Source: Tubulanus polymorphus (taxonomy: Eukaryota; Animalia; Nemertea). Taken from it: a stretch of 64,000 nt of DNA. Below, piece after piece: positions 41,852-54,000 of the stretch. The notes beneath the pieces were generated by a model. The model was not told the DNA's origin, did not search any database, and saw only the letters and a list, made by a program, of their open reading frames with translations. The stretch is from NCBI RefSeq assembly GCF_964204645.1, contig NC_134025.1, positions 30,360,299 to 30,424,298 of the forward strand, read 5' to 3'. Each line of letters begins with the position of its first letter. The first letter of the stretch is position 1. The position numbers were made by a program, and so were the translations under genes.

Positions 41852-44666
41852 GTAAGTATTCGCTCACAAATGCGCGTTTAATATTTCAACACTTATTAAA
41901 CTATTATTCTACATTCATTTAATGTTTTATCACTATTTAAATGTATAAAATTATCTTCTCTTTCGATATATTTAGCACTGCTCTCTCTATCTATCTCTAT
42001 CTCTGTATGATCATATACAATTGTATATTTCACAGTGTCGTTTGTCACTGGTTTTCAAGAGAACTCTTTAACTTCATATGAAATTTAAACAATTTTTCAT
42101 CCTACCTTTGATAGAGCCGAGAACCTAATTTCATTCTCTTGTAAAGATATAAAATCATTTATACACCATTTACTACTTCACGGCTGTAGGCTTTAAATAG
42201 TCACCGATGTGCTGAACCCAAAAACGCTTCTTTTCGTTCTTTTGTATTTTCTACTTTATCTCTCATATTTTCTTTTATTTGTTGTCTGATATACAGGTGG
42301 TGAGTAATACATACTAGGAGGTAACCGTTGTGCTACCATCTAACCCTTAACCCTAACTGTGCTGACATTATTACATTTGCCTCCTACACCGAATGATATG
42401 ATCTGACTATTGCTAACTTATCAACCATATACCGGTACCGTATATATATATTTTTTGAAGGCGTTCGATGATGTATTAGCTGCATTCGCGCTACATCATC
42501 ATTCTACATATGAACGGACCAAGTTTAGAATTCACTACGAAAAGTCTGTTCTAAATTGGTCAAGGTCCATTCTATCTCGGACCAGACTAAAGCTTTGTGT
42601 GCGAACAGAAACTTTGCTTTAATTTCGTATCAATCACGAAGTTGCGTCTAAGCTGGACCAGTGATAACAGTTGATTTAATGAGCAGAATTGATTTGGTCT
42701 GTTCTAAATTGGTCCGTTCCAGGTACAAGCAAAATTAGAATGGTCTAAGTAATGAAAGTGTGAACTCATTAAGTGCTGTTTTGACCGGAAAGCAATATCG
42801 AAAGGCACTGGCGAAGGTTTTATCATCGGGTCAATCTGATAGATAATCTGATCGTTCAGATACTGTAGTTGTATCAATCATGCGATCGATCGATCGAAGT
42901 GAACATATGTGTATGCCGCGTTTATCAGATCAATTCTGTTGAATGTTTGAACTATTTGAAACTGCTTTGAAATGAGATCGTATAAACCACTGATATTCTA
43001 TTAATATTAATATTAGTGCCAGTCTCCACGTTGTTGTTGGATTAGGAGTGTTTTATTTCAAATGGGTGCTGGAAGCAAATGTCGTTGTGTCTTGTTGTGT
43101 TTTGTTGGCTGCAGCAAGCCGCTATATTTTGTTAGATCCTATCCGTGTAGAATTTAGCACTTGAGAGAAATATCATGAAGCCTGCGATTTCATAGACACG
43201 GGTGAAGACTTCACCCGTGACGAAATTACTATGATATTTATTGCCTGAATAATGAGTTGTCTCTAAGGATCCCTCTGTCTATGAAACCAGCGCCTGGTTT
43301 CACCACAGTAAAAAAGTTTACCTGCAACTCTTAAATTAGATTGATAAATCAATTTAATAGTTAGACTGTTGTGTGAAACTGGTCCTGGGAATGCAGGAAA
43401 TCATATATATATACATATATAGCATGAGGTCTAGGCCTACTCTGACTGCTACACTGCAAATGGGAATTATATATCCTAAGCAATTGTTGAAGTTAGTTTC
43501 CAATTGAAAAAAGATGTTTCGTAATGGCTCGTAGCATAAAAATCCTATATTAGTTTTACTTTCGGAACTTCAACTGTTCCTTTACTGTTTTGGAGCAGTC
43601 ATATTCATATGACAATAACAGACAGAGTCGTGTCGATGGTCAAACGCAATAACCTCTCCAGCACTAACAATGACGTCACATGGCTTCATTCAAAAACTGC
43701 ATGCTAAGTAAGAGCACTATGAATTGCATGATTAATCTATATATCTATAAAGAGTTTATTACTGCTGAAATTTGTGAAGTGAATAAAGACAGTAGCATGT
43801 AAAACGTATGAGGGTGTAATATAGTTCTCACATAGTTCACGTAAAGTTGATCACTGATTAGTTCATGTTAATCACTACACATGTCATTACATCATCAATC
43901 TCTCTCTTCTCCTTGTTTATTGTTGTTTACAGTAATCATGGATATCATATATAGCACCATAGCATGATAGAACAATCATTTTGAGATAAACTGAGCATGC
44001 TACTTTACAGGCCTCCATCGAGACCATAAGACGAATCTTGGGTTTTTTAATAGATTTTGTCGTGTAGATGAAGGCTGATGATTGTTAGTTGAATTATATG
44101 CATGTTAGATAATGATTAAAGTGATATATGATCCATTGTTTTTGGTGTCACACAAAGTCTTTTAAGAACCAGTATTCATTAACTAAGAGGTGAACTTCGG
44201 TTGACTTATCAATCAATGGATTTAGTGAAACCGAATGACAATGCGTCCAAAAAAATACTGAACTGCGCCATTGAGCATGGTCCCTGTAGTTCAGACCTAG
44301 TTCCAAGATGGGCGCCATATTGCTGACCACTACAGTCAAAAGTATGAAAACAGAAGTTCACCCTGAATCCAGGTGTAAAGTTGTCAGGCGCGGATCCAGG
44401 GGTGTGAGTGGTACGTGACCTGACAAACCATTTCTGTGAAATATTGTATCTGAGATATATAGGAGTAAATTCAAAAGAATACACTCATATTTTCTATATC
44501 TCCTGTTGTAAACAACTCCTGGATCCCAAATAACTTTGCTCCTGCATTACTCGTAAGTTGTTTCCTCCTAACACTGATCGTGTCTGGATCTACACCTGCT
44601 AGGTTCACAATGAAAATATTTTGATTTCACTCGCTGATCGTTGTTCAATTTTTATTTTTATTTCAG

Positions 44667-44899
44667 GTCCGAAACCACCGGCGTATAACATTCTACACAT
44701 AGCGTTGGGGGTCGCAATTACTTTATTCTTGCTCATCGTGCTTCTCGTTTGTATGTTCCATCGGCGACAAAAATCGAAAAAGAAACGTAAAGCGGACGAA
44801 TCGGATATTCGTTTTATGATCGATCAGGGTCACTGTAGCAGTCGGACTACCGACCGTATGATTAATCGCGAAACAATGCAAAAAATATCCATCGTATGA
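44667..44899 (+). CDS. CUB/LDLa/TM gene last exon: TM helix and cytoplasmic tail
   Basis: tttcag|GT; CPKPPAYNILHIALGVAITLFLLIVLLVCMFHRRQKSKKKRK...QKISIV*. Confidence 0.9.
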
Positions 44900-47800
44900 C
44901 AAAGGGACTACGTTAGTTATAGCCCGTTACAACGTGACAGCACAACTGTGTAATTATGTTTTAATATAAATCATGAATCATGTGTATGTAAAGCGTGTTT
45001 CAAGTAATGTTACTGTTATGGTGCTAACTATTTGTACTTATATGTCATTGATGATAAACTCAAGAAAACAGCGTGACGCGCGTCATCGGTTCAATAGTCA
45101 TGGAGTCACCGAACTGAGACTCCCTGATTTAGTACAGCAGCCGCAGCAGCAGCAGCAGCAATGTTGATATCATCATCATCATCATCATCATCAGAAAAAA
45201 GTAATTGTCTGAGAATAGTTGTTAAACCCGGCAGGTAGGATAGTAGAACTGGTTGTACAGTTCTCGGCTAATATTCAACTAGAGTTGAATAATGAACTCA
45301 TTTGGACTTGGATGTTAACTCTAACTCACGACCATAGAATTGGCCTTAGTTTCACAGAAAGGCTTAACTGGTAAACTGATTCCAAATTAACTGATTTGAT
45401 GGAGTAAAATCAAATGAAAAGTTAATTCTCTTAACGAAACTGGATCCTGGGTTCTACTCAAAAAACGTTAAATATTTGACCTGTCAGATTAATCAGAGTC
45501 CATTTAAACCTAAACCACAATCTCTCGAAGAATGTAGTTGATAGACAAGGTTTAAATTGTGTGGATGTTAGGTTTTATATTAGGTAGATAATTCATGAAT
45601 GGTTTTACAGTATTTTATTCGTGGTAGGTATAAGAAACACCTTCAGATAACATGACCTCCTAAAATCGCAGCAGCATCAATAGGTCGAATTAATAGAACG
45701 ATTATTACCATAATTTTTTGCATTTAGTTAGTCTGTTTTTGGTGAGATTAAAACCAAAAGGTTTTTGCTACTTTTGGTAGGTTTTTTATTCTGTCATCAT
45801 GAACTTTTTTAAGAAAATGTTTACGAAGATATAAACTATTCAGGAGGATAAGGTCAGATCTGAGGGAATGTAAAACCTCATGGAAAAAGGAAGGTTTATT
45901 GTTCATGCAACTGCCATCTATGTATACATGGACGAATAATGTGATTAATGAATATTTTTAATTTGTGTTGAATTATTATGAAACTCTTGTGATGGTTTTA
46001 AATTTGCGTGTTATTCCATGACAATGAATATGTGTTGATATCGTTTCTTTCGTAGAACGCCTGTGCTCTATTTATAGTTTATTGAAGATGAACTGTTAAA
46101 CTGTCTATGAAACGATTTGAATTTTATCTCCGTATAAATCTATAATCATAAAACATTTAATAATAAAGAAAAAAAATGAATTCATCTGTAGAAATTGTAA
46201 ATATGTATCGCGGTTTTGTGCATTTTGTACATAACTTCCATTTCAAACTTGATATAAAAAAATGAGAGTCTGAAAGATGTAAAAGCCAGTATTTCAGCAG
46301 ACATTTTGTAAATAAACCCGAATCATGAACTGAATACGATGCCCACATAAAAAGGTTTATTTTGGTGAGGTTTCAATCATCTCAAATTAAAACCGGCTTT
46401 TTTATTACCTTATGAATACATTTCTACTCTTGAGAACATTAAATAGGTATGGTTTTAGTCACCAGTGTTTGGCTTATTGTCTGTTTTGCATGAATGTGAT
46501 CTAATAGTTGATTATTTGGTGCTGTTGTATTGGAATGAATGCTATTGCCCCCAATGATGTTGAAAAATTGTACATTTATGTTTTACATGGAAATATATTT
46601 GAACTTAGTATTAATGAAATAATAGCTGGTAGGTTTTTAGAATAAAGTGTATCAGACCACTTGATTCAGTGGAGTGATAGAACTATACTTCAATTCTGTA
46701 ATTAAATTGTGTCCGGATGAAATAGCTTTTAGCTTTTATTCATCTGATACAGTGTGAATTGACCCTCACTTGCCACTGGAGGAAGGGTGGTGACTTACTT
46801 GCCACTAATTGAAGGGTACTGACTTGCAGCTGGGCGTGGGTTGACCCTTACTTGCCACAGGATGGACATCACTCATTATTATCCACTTTAGGCTGAATAT
46901 TTAAATTCTTCCAGACGGCTCAACACTCAAGTAGTCTCAGTTTACGTTTAATTGTCGTGTCCTTTATTACTATTACGCGTGAATAGGGTTTTTACGAAAT
47001 AGAAAATTTATGATTTTAGTCACTGTTGATAACAACTAAAGATGAAAATGTTAGTTGATCACAAATCAAACAATGTTTATATTTTTGTTGAAATGAATTG
47101 ATGTCAAATATTACATAATACTGATAATATATTATGTTTAAGATATGAATGAAAAATAAAACTGAGCAGGGCTGCATCCAACTGATGTCATCTTTCTTTT
47201 TGTTTTTTATTTTAAGATTTTTAAGATTTGTTTCACATCAAAGTATATTCATGGGGGAGTACATCTAGATACCACATATTGTTGAAAAATAAAAGACTTC
47301 CTTCTTTCCTTCTCGCTGTGGTTAAATTTTGTAAGTAGTACAAAGTAATAGGCCTATTAGTATAGTACAGGCTTATGAGCTAGGTATCTGTATGGGACTG
47401 TGTTAGTTTGTTGTGAATCCAAGCATTGAATTAATCTTATTGTGTTGTCATTTGAACTGCCGTGTGGTGAAATCCCTGATACAAATGCCTCGACCATTCG
47501 ACCGCGACCCGGTGAGATCTGAGCATTGAAAATATCCCACCGTGAAATTAAACCTTAGACAGGACACTGACTAGTTCTGCCGCTGATTGGTTTCTCTTAT
47601 AAATCCGATGTGATCGCCATCTATTGGGATTTCCTTTGAACTATCAACTCTAGACTCAACTTTCCAAATTTAGTTTAGTTCTGGAAAATTCCAATAGATG
47701 GCAGAATCAGATTTAATCACGATCGCGAAATAAATATCTATTTGAATATCTTTATTACATGTAATATATCAACGCAAAGAAAAGCTGCATAGAGAATAAA

Positions 47801-49248
47801 CACACGACAATTTCATCCAAATAGACCAGAAATATATAAACAAAGCAGAAAATGGAATGTTATTCACAATGGACACATGAGGAATAGAATATCTACCGAT
47901 GAGATTTCATGAGGTATCATCAGTATACATCGTAGTTCAAATATACACGAATATTACATACACCGAATTGCTAAGAAACAGGTTCCAGTTTCACAGTTGT
48001 TCTCCGTTGAAATAAATAGAAATGAACAAGATTTCAACTCGGGTTTCGAACTTAACCGATAACTGTGAGTCCATGACCCAGTCTTGATGAGGAAATATTG
48101 GATACAAACAAATTTCTTAAGCATCTGTTCATTACTGACCATTAATTTATCACTGCAACTATCATCAGTTAAGAGTTGACTCCATTGTCAACCAATTGAT
48201 AATAACAATAATAATTCAACTCTATTGTCGACTTTCAAAGAAAACCGTAGATCCGAGTCCCATTTTATAAGATCTAAATCAGAAACATTTACCGTATCTT
48301 AAGAGAGTTTGGTATTGATGAATAATTATGAATTATAAATACATAATATGTCATAGAAAGCGAGTTCCTCTCCCACCTCTGACTCTCTCAATCTTTCCAT
48401 GGTTGACAAAATTATCTATAATCGATTACACAATTAACCAAGGATAGAAATATAGCTAATATTGAAAGCAAGGGAAAATATTTTAGCCTAGCGCAGATAG
48501 GATTACCTGACATCTGAGTGACACAAAGCTTATATCGCTGCAACCACTAAAAACTCATTGAAATTCATATCTTCATTCTAGATCGATCGGAACTACTATT
48601 GCATACACGGATAAGCATTAAAAACTAAAAAGTTCTCTAAAACCTTTGCTAGGGGTATCAAATCTTCACTCAACATAATCCCTTCTTGCCGAAAATCCTC
48701 GGGCAGCAGAATTCTACAGATCTAATACAGCACATTTTGAAATGGTTGAATTGATGGCAAAGAGGGAAATTTTTTGGCACTAATTAACAGTTTAAACATT
48801 CATTATCAGACATATTTCATATTTGGTTTTAAGATTGATTGTACACTCAGCGGTATCTTTTTCAAATAAACCAAAAATTCTATTCGTGGTAACTTTTTCC
48901 TAAATGTCACGATCTAATTTATATACAGTCTTACATCTTATAAAACTATCAGAGAGAATTAAATTCCTATGGACGTTTCAGATCAAGAATGCGTTAGACA
49001 TGGAATACATGCACAGTACATAGTATCAGGAATACAACTATAGACAGAGTCCGAAGACATTTTAACAAATACACCAAATAAATGCAATGAAAAAAAAGCT
49101 TGCGATATGAAGAAGTTCGATATAATATTAGTAAATGAAATGTAAGAAAAGCTGAACATGAAGAGCCAAATTAGAACATAATTCTTTTTCAAACTTACAG
49201 TAGAGTGCGCAACAGGTACGGTAGGTCCTACTGATCCTGCTCCTAACT

Positions 49249-49555
49249 CAGGGTCCGATCTAAGGAATGAAAGCCACTTGCCAGGGGGCAAGCATATCCG
49301 AAATTTTGCTTGCCCCTCCAAAAGCTACTTGCCCTACAGAGGCAGTCCAATTGGTGGCACTATGATTCCTTTTCTGAAAAATCTTCCATTTTATCGCGAA
49401 AACGAAATGCGTTAAGAAATCCGTTGTATCGAATGGGAAAAAAAGCTTTGTGACATAAAATTGCACTAGCCCGGGGGACAAATGATAATACATACTTGCC
49501 CTGATGAGAATATACTTGTCCCGGGCAATCGGACAAGTGCTTAGATCGGACCGTG
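49249..49555. mobile_element. 307-bp MITE with 16-bp TIRs and a 5-bp TSD (TAACT)
   Basis: TAACT|CAGGGTCCGATCTAAG...CTTAGATCGGACCGTG|TAACT. Confidence 0.8.
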
Positions 49556-49557
49556 TA

Positions 49558-50891
49558 ACTGAGCAGGTACTGATCACTCCAGCACACTCAGCAGGTACTG
49601 ATCCCTCCATAAACTGAGCAGGTACTGATCCCTCCACAAACTGAGCAGGTACTGATCACTCCAGCACACTGAGCAGGTACTGATCACTCCACCACACTCA
49701 GCAGGTACTGATCCCTCCACAAACTGAGCAGGTACTGATCCCTCCACAAACTGAGCAGGTACTGATCCCTCCACAAACTGAGCAGGTACTGATCCCTCCA
49801 CAAACTGAGCAGGTACTGATCCCTCCACAAACTGAGCAGGTACTGATCACTCCACCGCACTCACAGCAGGTACTGATCCCTCCACAAACTGAGCAGGTAC
49901 TGATCCCTCCACAAACTGAGCAGGTACTGATCACTCCACCACACTCAGCAGGTACTGATCACTCCACAAACTGAGCAGGTACTGATCACTCCAGCACACT
50001 CACAGCAGGTACTGATCACTCCAGCACACTCAGCAGGTACTGATCCCTCCACAAACTGAGCAGGTACTGATCCCTCCACAAACTGAGCAGGTACTGATCC
50101 CTCCACAAACTGAGCAGGTACTGATCACTCCACAAACTGAGCAGGTACTGATCCCTCCACAAACTGAGCAGGTACTGATCCCTCCACAAACTGAGCAGGT
50201 ACTGATCCCTCCACAAACTGAGCAGGTACTGATCACTCCACCACACTCACAGCAGGTACTGATCCCTCCACAAACTGAGCAGGTACTGATCACTCCACCA
50301 CACTCAGCAGGTACTGATCCCTCCACAAACTGAGCAGGTACTGATCCCTCCACAAACTGAGCAGGTACTGATCCCTCCACAAACTGAGCAGGTACTGATC
50401 ACTCCACAAACTGAGCAGGTACTGATCCCTCCACAAACTGAGCAGGTACTGATCCCTCCACAAACTGAGCAGGTACTGATCCCTCCACAAACTGAGCAGG
50501 TACTGATCACTCCACAAACTGAGCAGGTACTGATCACTCCACCACACTCAGCAGGTACTGATCCCTCCACAAACTGAGCAGGTACTGATCCCTCCACAAA
50601 CTGAGCAGGTACTGATCACTCCACAAACTGAGCAGGTACTGATCCCTCCACAAACTGAGCAGGTACTGATCACTCCACCACACTCACAGCAGGTACTGAT
50701 CACTCCACAAACTGAGCAGGTACTGATCCCTCCACAAACTGAGCAGGTACTGATCACTCCACCACACTCAGCAGGTACTGATCACTCCACAAACTGAGCA
50801 GGTACTGATCACTCCAGCACTCACAGCAGGTACTGATCCCTCCACAAACTGAGCAGGTACTGATCACTCCAGCACACTCACAGCAGGTACC
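49558..50891. repeat. Satellite array, 27-bp monomer ACTGAGCAGGTACTGATCCCTCCACAA with longer variant monomers
   Basis: About 1.3 kb of tandem copies. Confidence 0.97.
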
Positions 50892-51320
50892 ACTGAAATG
50901 TTCTATTTCTCTATGAAACAAATTTTCATCACAGTGTTTGATTAATATGGTGGAAATCATTTAAATTCTAACCCAGCGAAGCACATTCTACTGTCTATTA
51001 TATTAGTCTATTATATCTTTGATTCATTTAGTGCTAAAAACTATTTACATTCTGAACAAAAATCCTTTAATAAAATGACTAATACGATGTACAAATTAGT
51101 TCTACTATTTGTTGTTGTATAAATAATTCTTCATAAGTTAGATTATGAATTGTGATATAATCCCACATGTATTCAAGTGATATAAATTTTTGCATCTTGA
51201 ATATTTTGGTGTTAAAGCAAATTTTTTTGAAAAACAATAAACATAGCACATATTTTTAGCTAAAAGCCTGCGCTTATCAAAATAACCACATAATTCAGTA
51301 AATTACATTTGTTTCTAATA

Positions 51321-51487
51321 GGGGATCATTCATTTATTACGTACGCATGAAATTTGAAATTTTCAACCCCCCTCCCCCTCTGTATGCAAAATCGGCCATT
51401 TTTTCATATACATTAAGCATTACAGTACGCAACTGCACAGACCCCTCCCCCCTCCCCTTATGCGTACGTTATAAATGAATGACCTCT
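51321..51487. mobile_element. MITE, PIF/Harbinger-like
   Basis: TIRs gatcattcatttattacgtacgcat / atgcgtacgttataaatgaatgacc, internal C-rich cccctcccc tracts, TAG at both flanks; superfamily assignment is inferred. Confidence 0.75.
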
Positions 51488-52237
51488 AGGCAAATGTTGA
51501 ATGAACTTCTGATTCAAATATTACCCCTATTTTAGGAGGATGCAAACAAACTGCACGATGCATTACTACTCTAGACTGGTATCAGGATAAAAAATACAGC
51601 ATTTTTTGATAAATGAAACTAACATAATTATTGCTTATATATTGATATGTACATCAGTAGTTTTATGCTTGTTTTCACAGTCCGACTGACCACGTCCTAA
51701 ATTCAAAGACTTTTTACGAGTATTTCAAAAGATTTTGAAAATGAACATCAACAGATTAAGGATGTGGTGAATTTTGAATTTTTTGTGAAAAAAACTGTAT
51801 CATTTCAATATTCAAAAGACTTTCACCAACGGTTCAGTGTCAATGTTCTTAGACAGGAATATGATAGAAATTTGAACAATGATCTATCGAAACGAACAAG
51901 GAGAACATGTTTAGACTGTTATTTGAGCAGTTTAGAATACATTATACTCACAAAAATCTCCAGATTTGGTAACAATAAAACACAGCAATATTACACAACA
52001 TATACCCCCCCCCCCAAAAAAAAAAATACACCCCATTAATTCTTATATAATCTGGTTAAAATGTCCGGCGCGATCTGCTTGCAGTACATAGTAGCTTACA
52101 AACCAAATATACCTGGACGGAAACACATATAAAACTGTTAAAATACATCAAACATTCCAAACACCAGTCATCATAATATTGTATAGAAAATATCTATTCA
52201 TCACTTAGCACTTTATACAGAGGTTTAAACCTATAAG

Positions 52238-52430
52238 CAAACCCTGAGGGGAGCTCCCCGTAAGCAACCCCTGAGGAGAGCTCCCCATAACCAACCCCTG
52301 AGGAGCTCCCCTGAACAAACCAAGGGGAACCCCCTCAAACAACCCAGAGGAGCTCCCCATAACCAACCCCACAGAGCTCCGCTTAAACAGCCAAGAGGAG
52401 CGCCATAAACAAATCCAGTGGAGCTCTTTA
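52238..52430. repeat. Degenerate ~28-bp tandem repeat (caacccctgaggagctcccc)
   Basis: 6-7 imperfect copies. Confidence 0.75.
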
Positions 52431-52860
52431 CATCAATAACAAACCCCAGAGCCTCGGAATTCACTTGCACCAGATAATATTCATCGGACTTGTGATATCC
52501 GAGGAGTCTAATGTATTTAGTTTACCTCTATAACAGTAAATACAACTGTGTAAAATCTGGGCCCCTCCCTTTTCCCGAAAAAAGATAAACTCAAAATTTA
52601 CTGCTAAAAGTCTCAGCTCTTTGACAAAACTGGACCGTTGGGTAAATCAGACATGTTATTATTGTAGGTTTAATTGTAGCATTTTATTCCAAACCAATAG
52701 ATTATTGATTATGAACTGGAATGCATTGCGTAATTATTATCACATATAAACCTTATACAGTAAAACTCACTCAAGTCGCCAAAGTTGTGATGATCATTAT
52801 TGTGTTGATGGCTTATAAAAGTGATGACTTACGCTTAGAAAATTGATTTAGAAATATCAA

Positions 52861-52976
52861 CAGGGGACAGTTTCATAGTCACGACTTGAGTCCAAAAGTG
52901 GTCTTAAATCTTAAGACTGGTCTTAAGTTGTTAGATTGGCCTTAAGTCTTAGCCGTGTCTATGGAACCGGCCCCTG
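52861..52976. mobile_element. MITE with ~26-bp imperfect TIRs (CAG/CTG flanks)
   Basis: caggggacagtttcatagtcacgact ... agccgtgtctatggaaccggcccctg. Confidence 0.75.
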
Positions 52977-53229
52977 GGGGCTCAAGATGATATATAGCTC
53001 AAGATAGGTCGGACTCCAGATTCTCCGCGACAGCCAGTGACAATCGTGTCTATTTTCTGCGACACGAATGTCGCGACAAACATCTGGTAGAGAATAGTTG
53101 CTCACCTCGCCGTTAAACTAAGCACCTATCTGCGTCACCGGTCGACCTACACCTGCCTTATTGTAACGACTAAAGCGAGTTTGACTGCACCGATAACAGC
53201 ACGTATATGACTTGAGACAGACGTATGAA

Positions 53230-53576
53230 TCATAAATCGAATGAACCCTCGGGAAGATTCACGTACGTTTGAGATTTACGCGTTTTTCTCATCGTGATAT
53301 ATTCAGCGATCGCTTTACGTTTCATGAATAAAACTACCACGGAAACGACCGTTATTAAAATACCGACGATTAAAACCACGATCCACGAGTTGATTTTCGG
53401 CGTCGGGGGAAACGGATTGCGATGATGTTGCTGCATCCAGAATTTATCGACGGTCGTGTGATTTTTGGCAATTCGTTCCTCGAAGAATAGATGAGTTTTA
53501 TTGTGAATCATCAGTCTACCGTACGTAATCTCTGAGATCCGCTTCACAACATCCGACCACTCCGGTTTAACTACCG
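53230..53576 (-). CDS. ACP7-like exon 9: PAP C-terminal domain, TM helix and tail
   Basis: tttcag|; PEWS...YGRLMIHNKTHLFFE...VDKFW, then WIVVLIVGILITVVSVVVLFMKRK and tail ...TYVNLPEGSFDL*. Confidence 0.9.
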
Positions 53577-53809
53577 CTGAAAAATTATATTCATTGATAC
53601 TCATTATTTTTACATTCGGAATCATTTATTCAACAAGGCGTGAAAAACTTTGATTAATTAACCCTTTGCTGACTAATTAATATCCAAAATGCTGAATTCT
53701 TTTTAAAATTCCACCTCTGAGTGAATAACCGCTTTAGCGCTAGCGCAGCGCGGTATACTGTTATTTGTGAATTATCTATAATCCACGAATCTACTATTTC
53801 AATACTCAC

Positions 53810-54000
53810 CAGCTCTAACCGTTTTGCTATCAGGTTTATTACAGCTGAATGCCGATGTCGTCACGTAGACCGTAGCTTTAGGATTCTTATAATGGTCACC
53901 GATTTTCTTTTTGTTGGAAACGGGGAACGTTCGTTCGTAGAAATTATCTTGAGCGGTGATCACTAAATCAACGCTGTATTCATGGAACAGATCAGTTATA
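53810..54000 (-). CDS. ACP7-like exon 8: degenerate motif 5
   Basis: tgtag|...G|gtgagt; DLFHEYSVDLVITAQDNFYERTFPV...YKNPKATVYVTTSA. Confidence 0.9.

Larger units (their letters stand above)
25345..44899 (+). other. Gene span (5' end not located): 5 CUB + LDLa + TM type I membrane protein, LEV-10/Neto/SOL-1-related 'cubilin-like'; about 799 codons in 14 exons
   Basis: 14 GT-AG exons join in frame (2399 nt, first exon starts in phase 1). They give five CUB domains (C..G.F.SP.YP..Y...C.Y / C..DY..VY...YCG / RGF), one LDLa, a hydrophobic helix and a basic stop-transfer sequence. Confidence 0.9.

Noticed and set aside
42340-42358. Telomere-like CCCTAA sequence
   Set aside because: Only 2-3 imperfect units, compatible with chance.
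44385-44598. hAT-like MITE (caggcgcggatccag...ctggatctacacctg)
   Set aside because: TIR-like ends are present but no TSD is detectable; too degenerate to call confidently.
49574-50960. Cys-rich 'CSVCGGISTC' ORFs resembling metallothionein or zinc fingers
   Set aside because: Translations of the satellite; frames break at variant monomers and there is no splice support.
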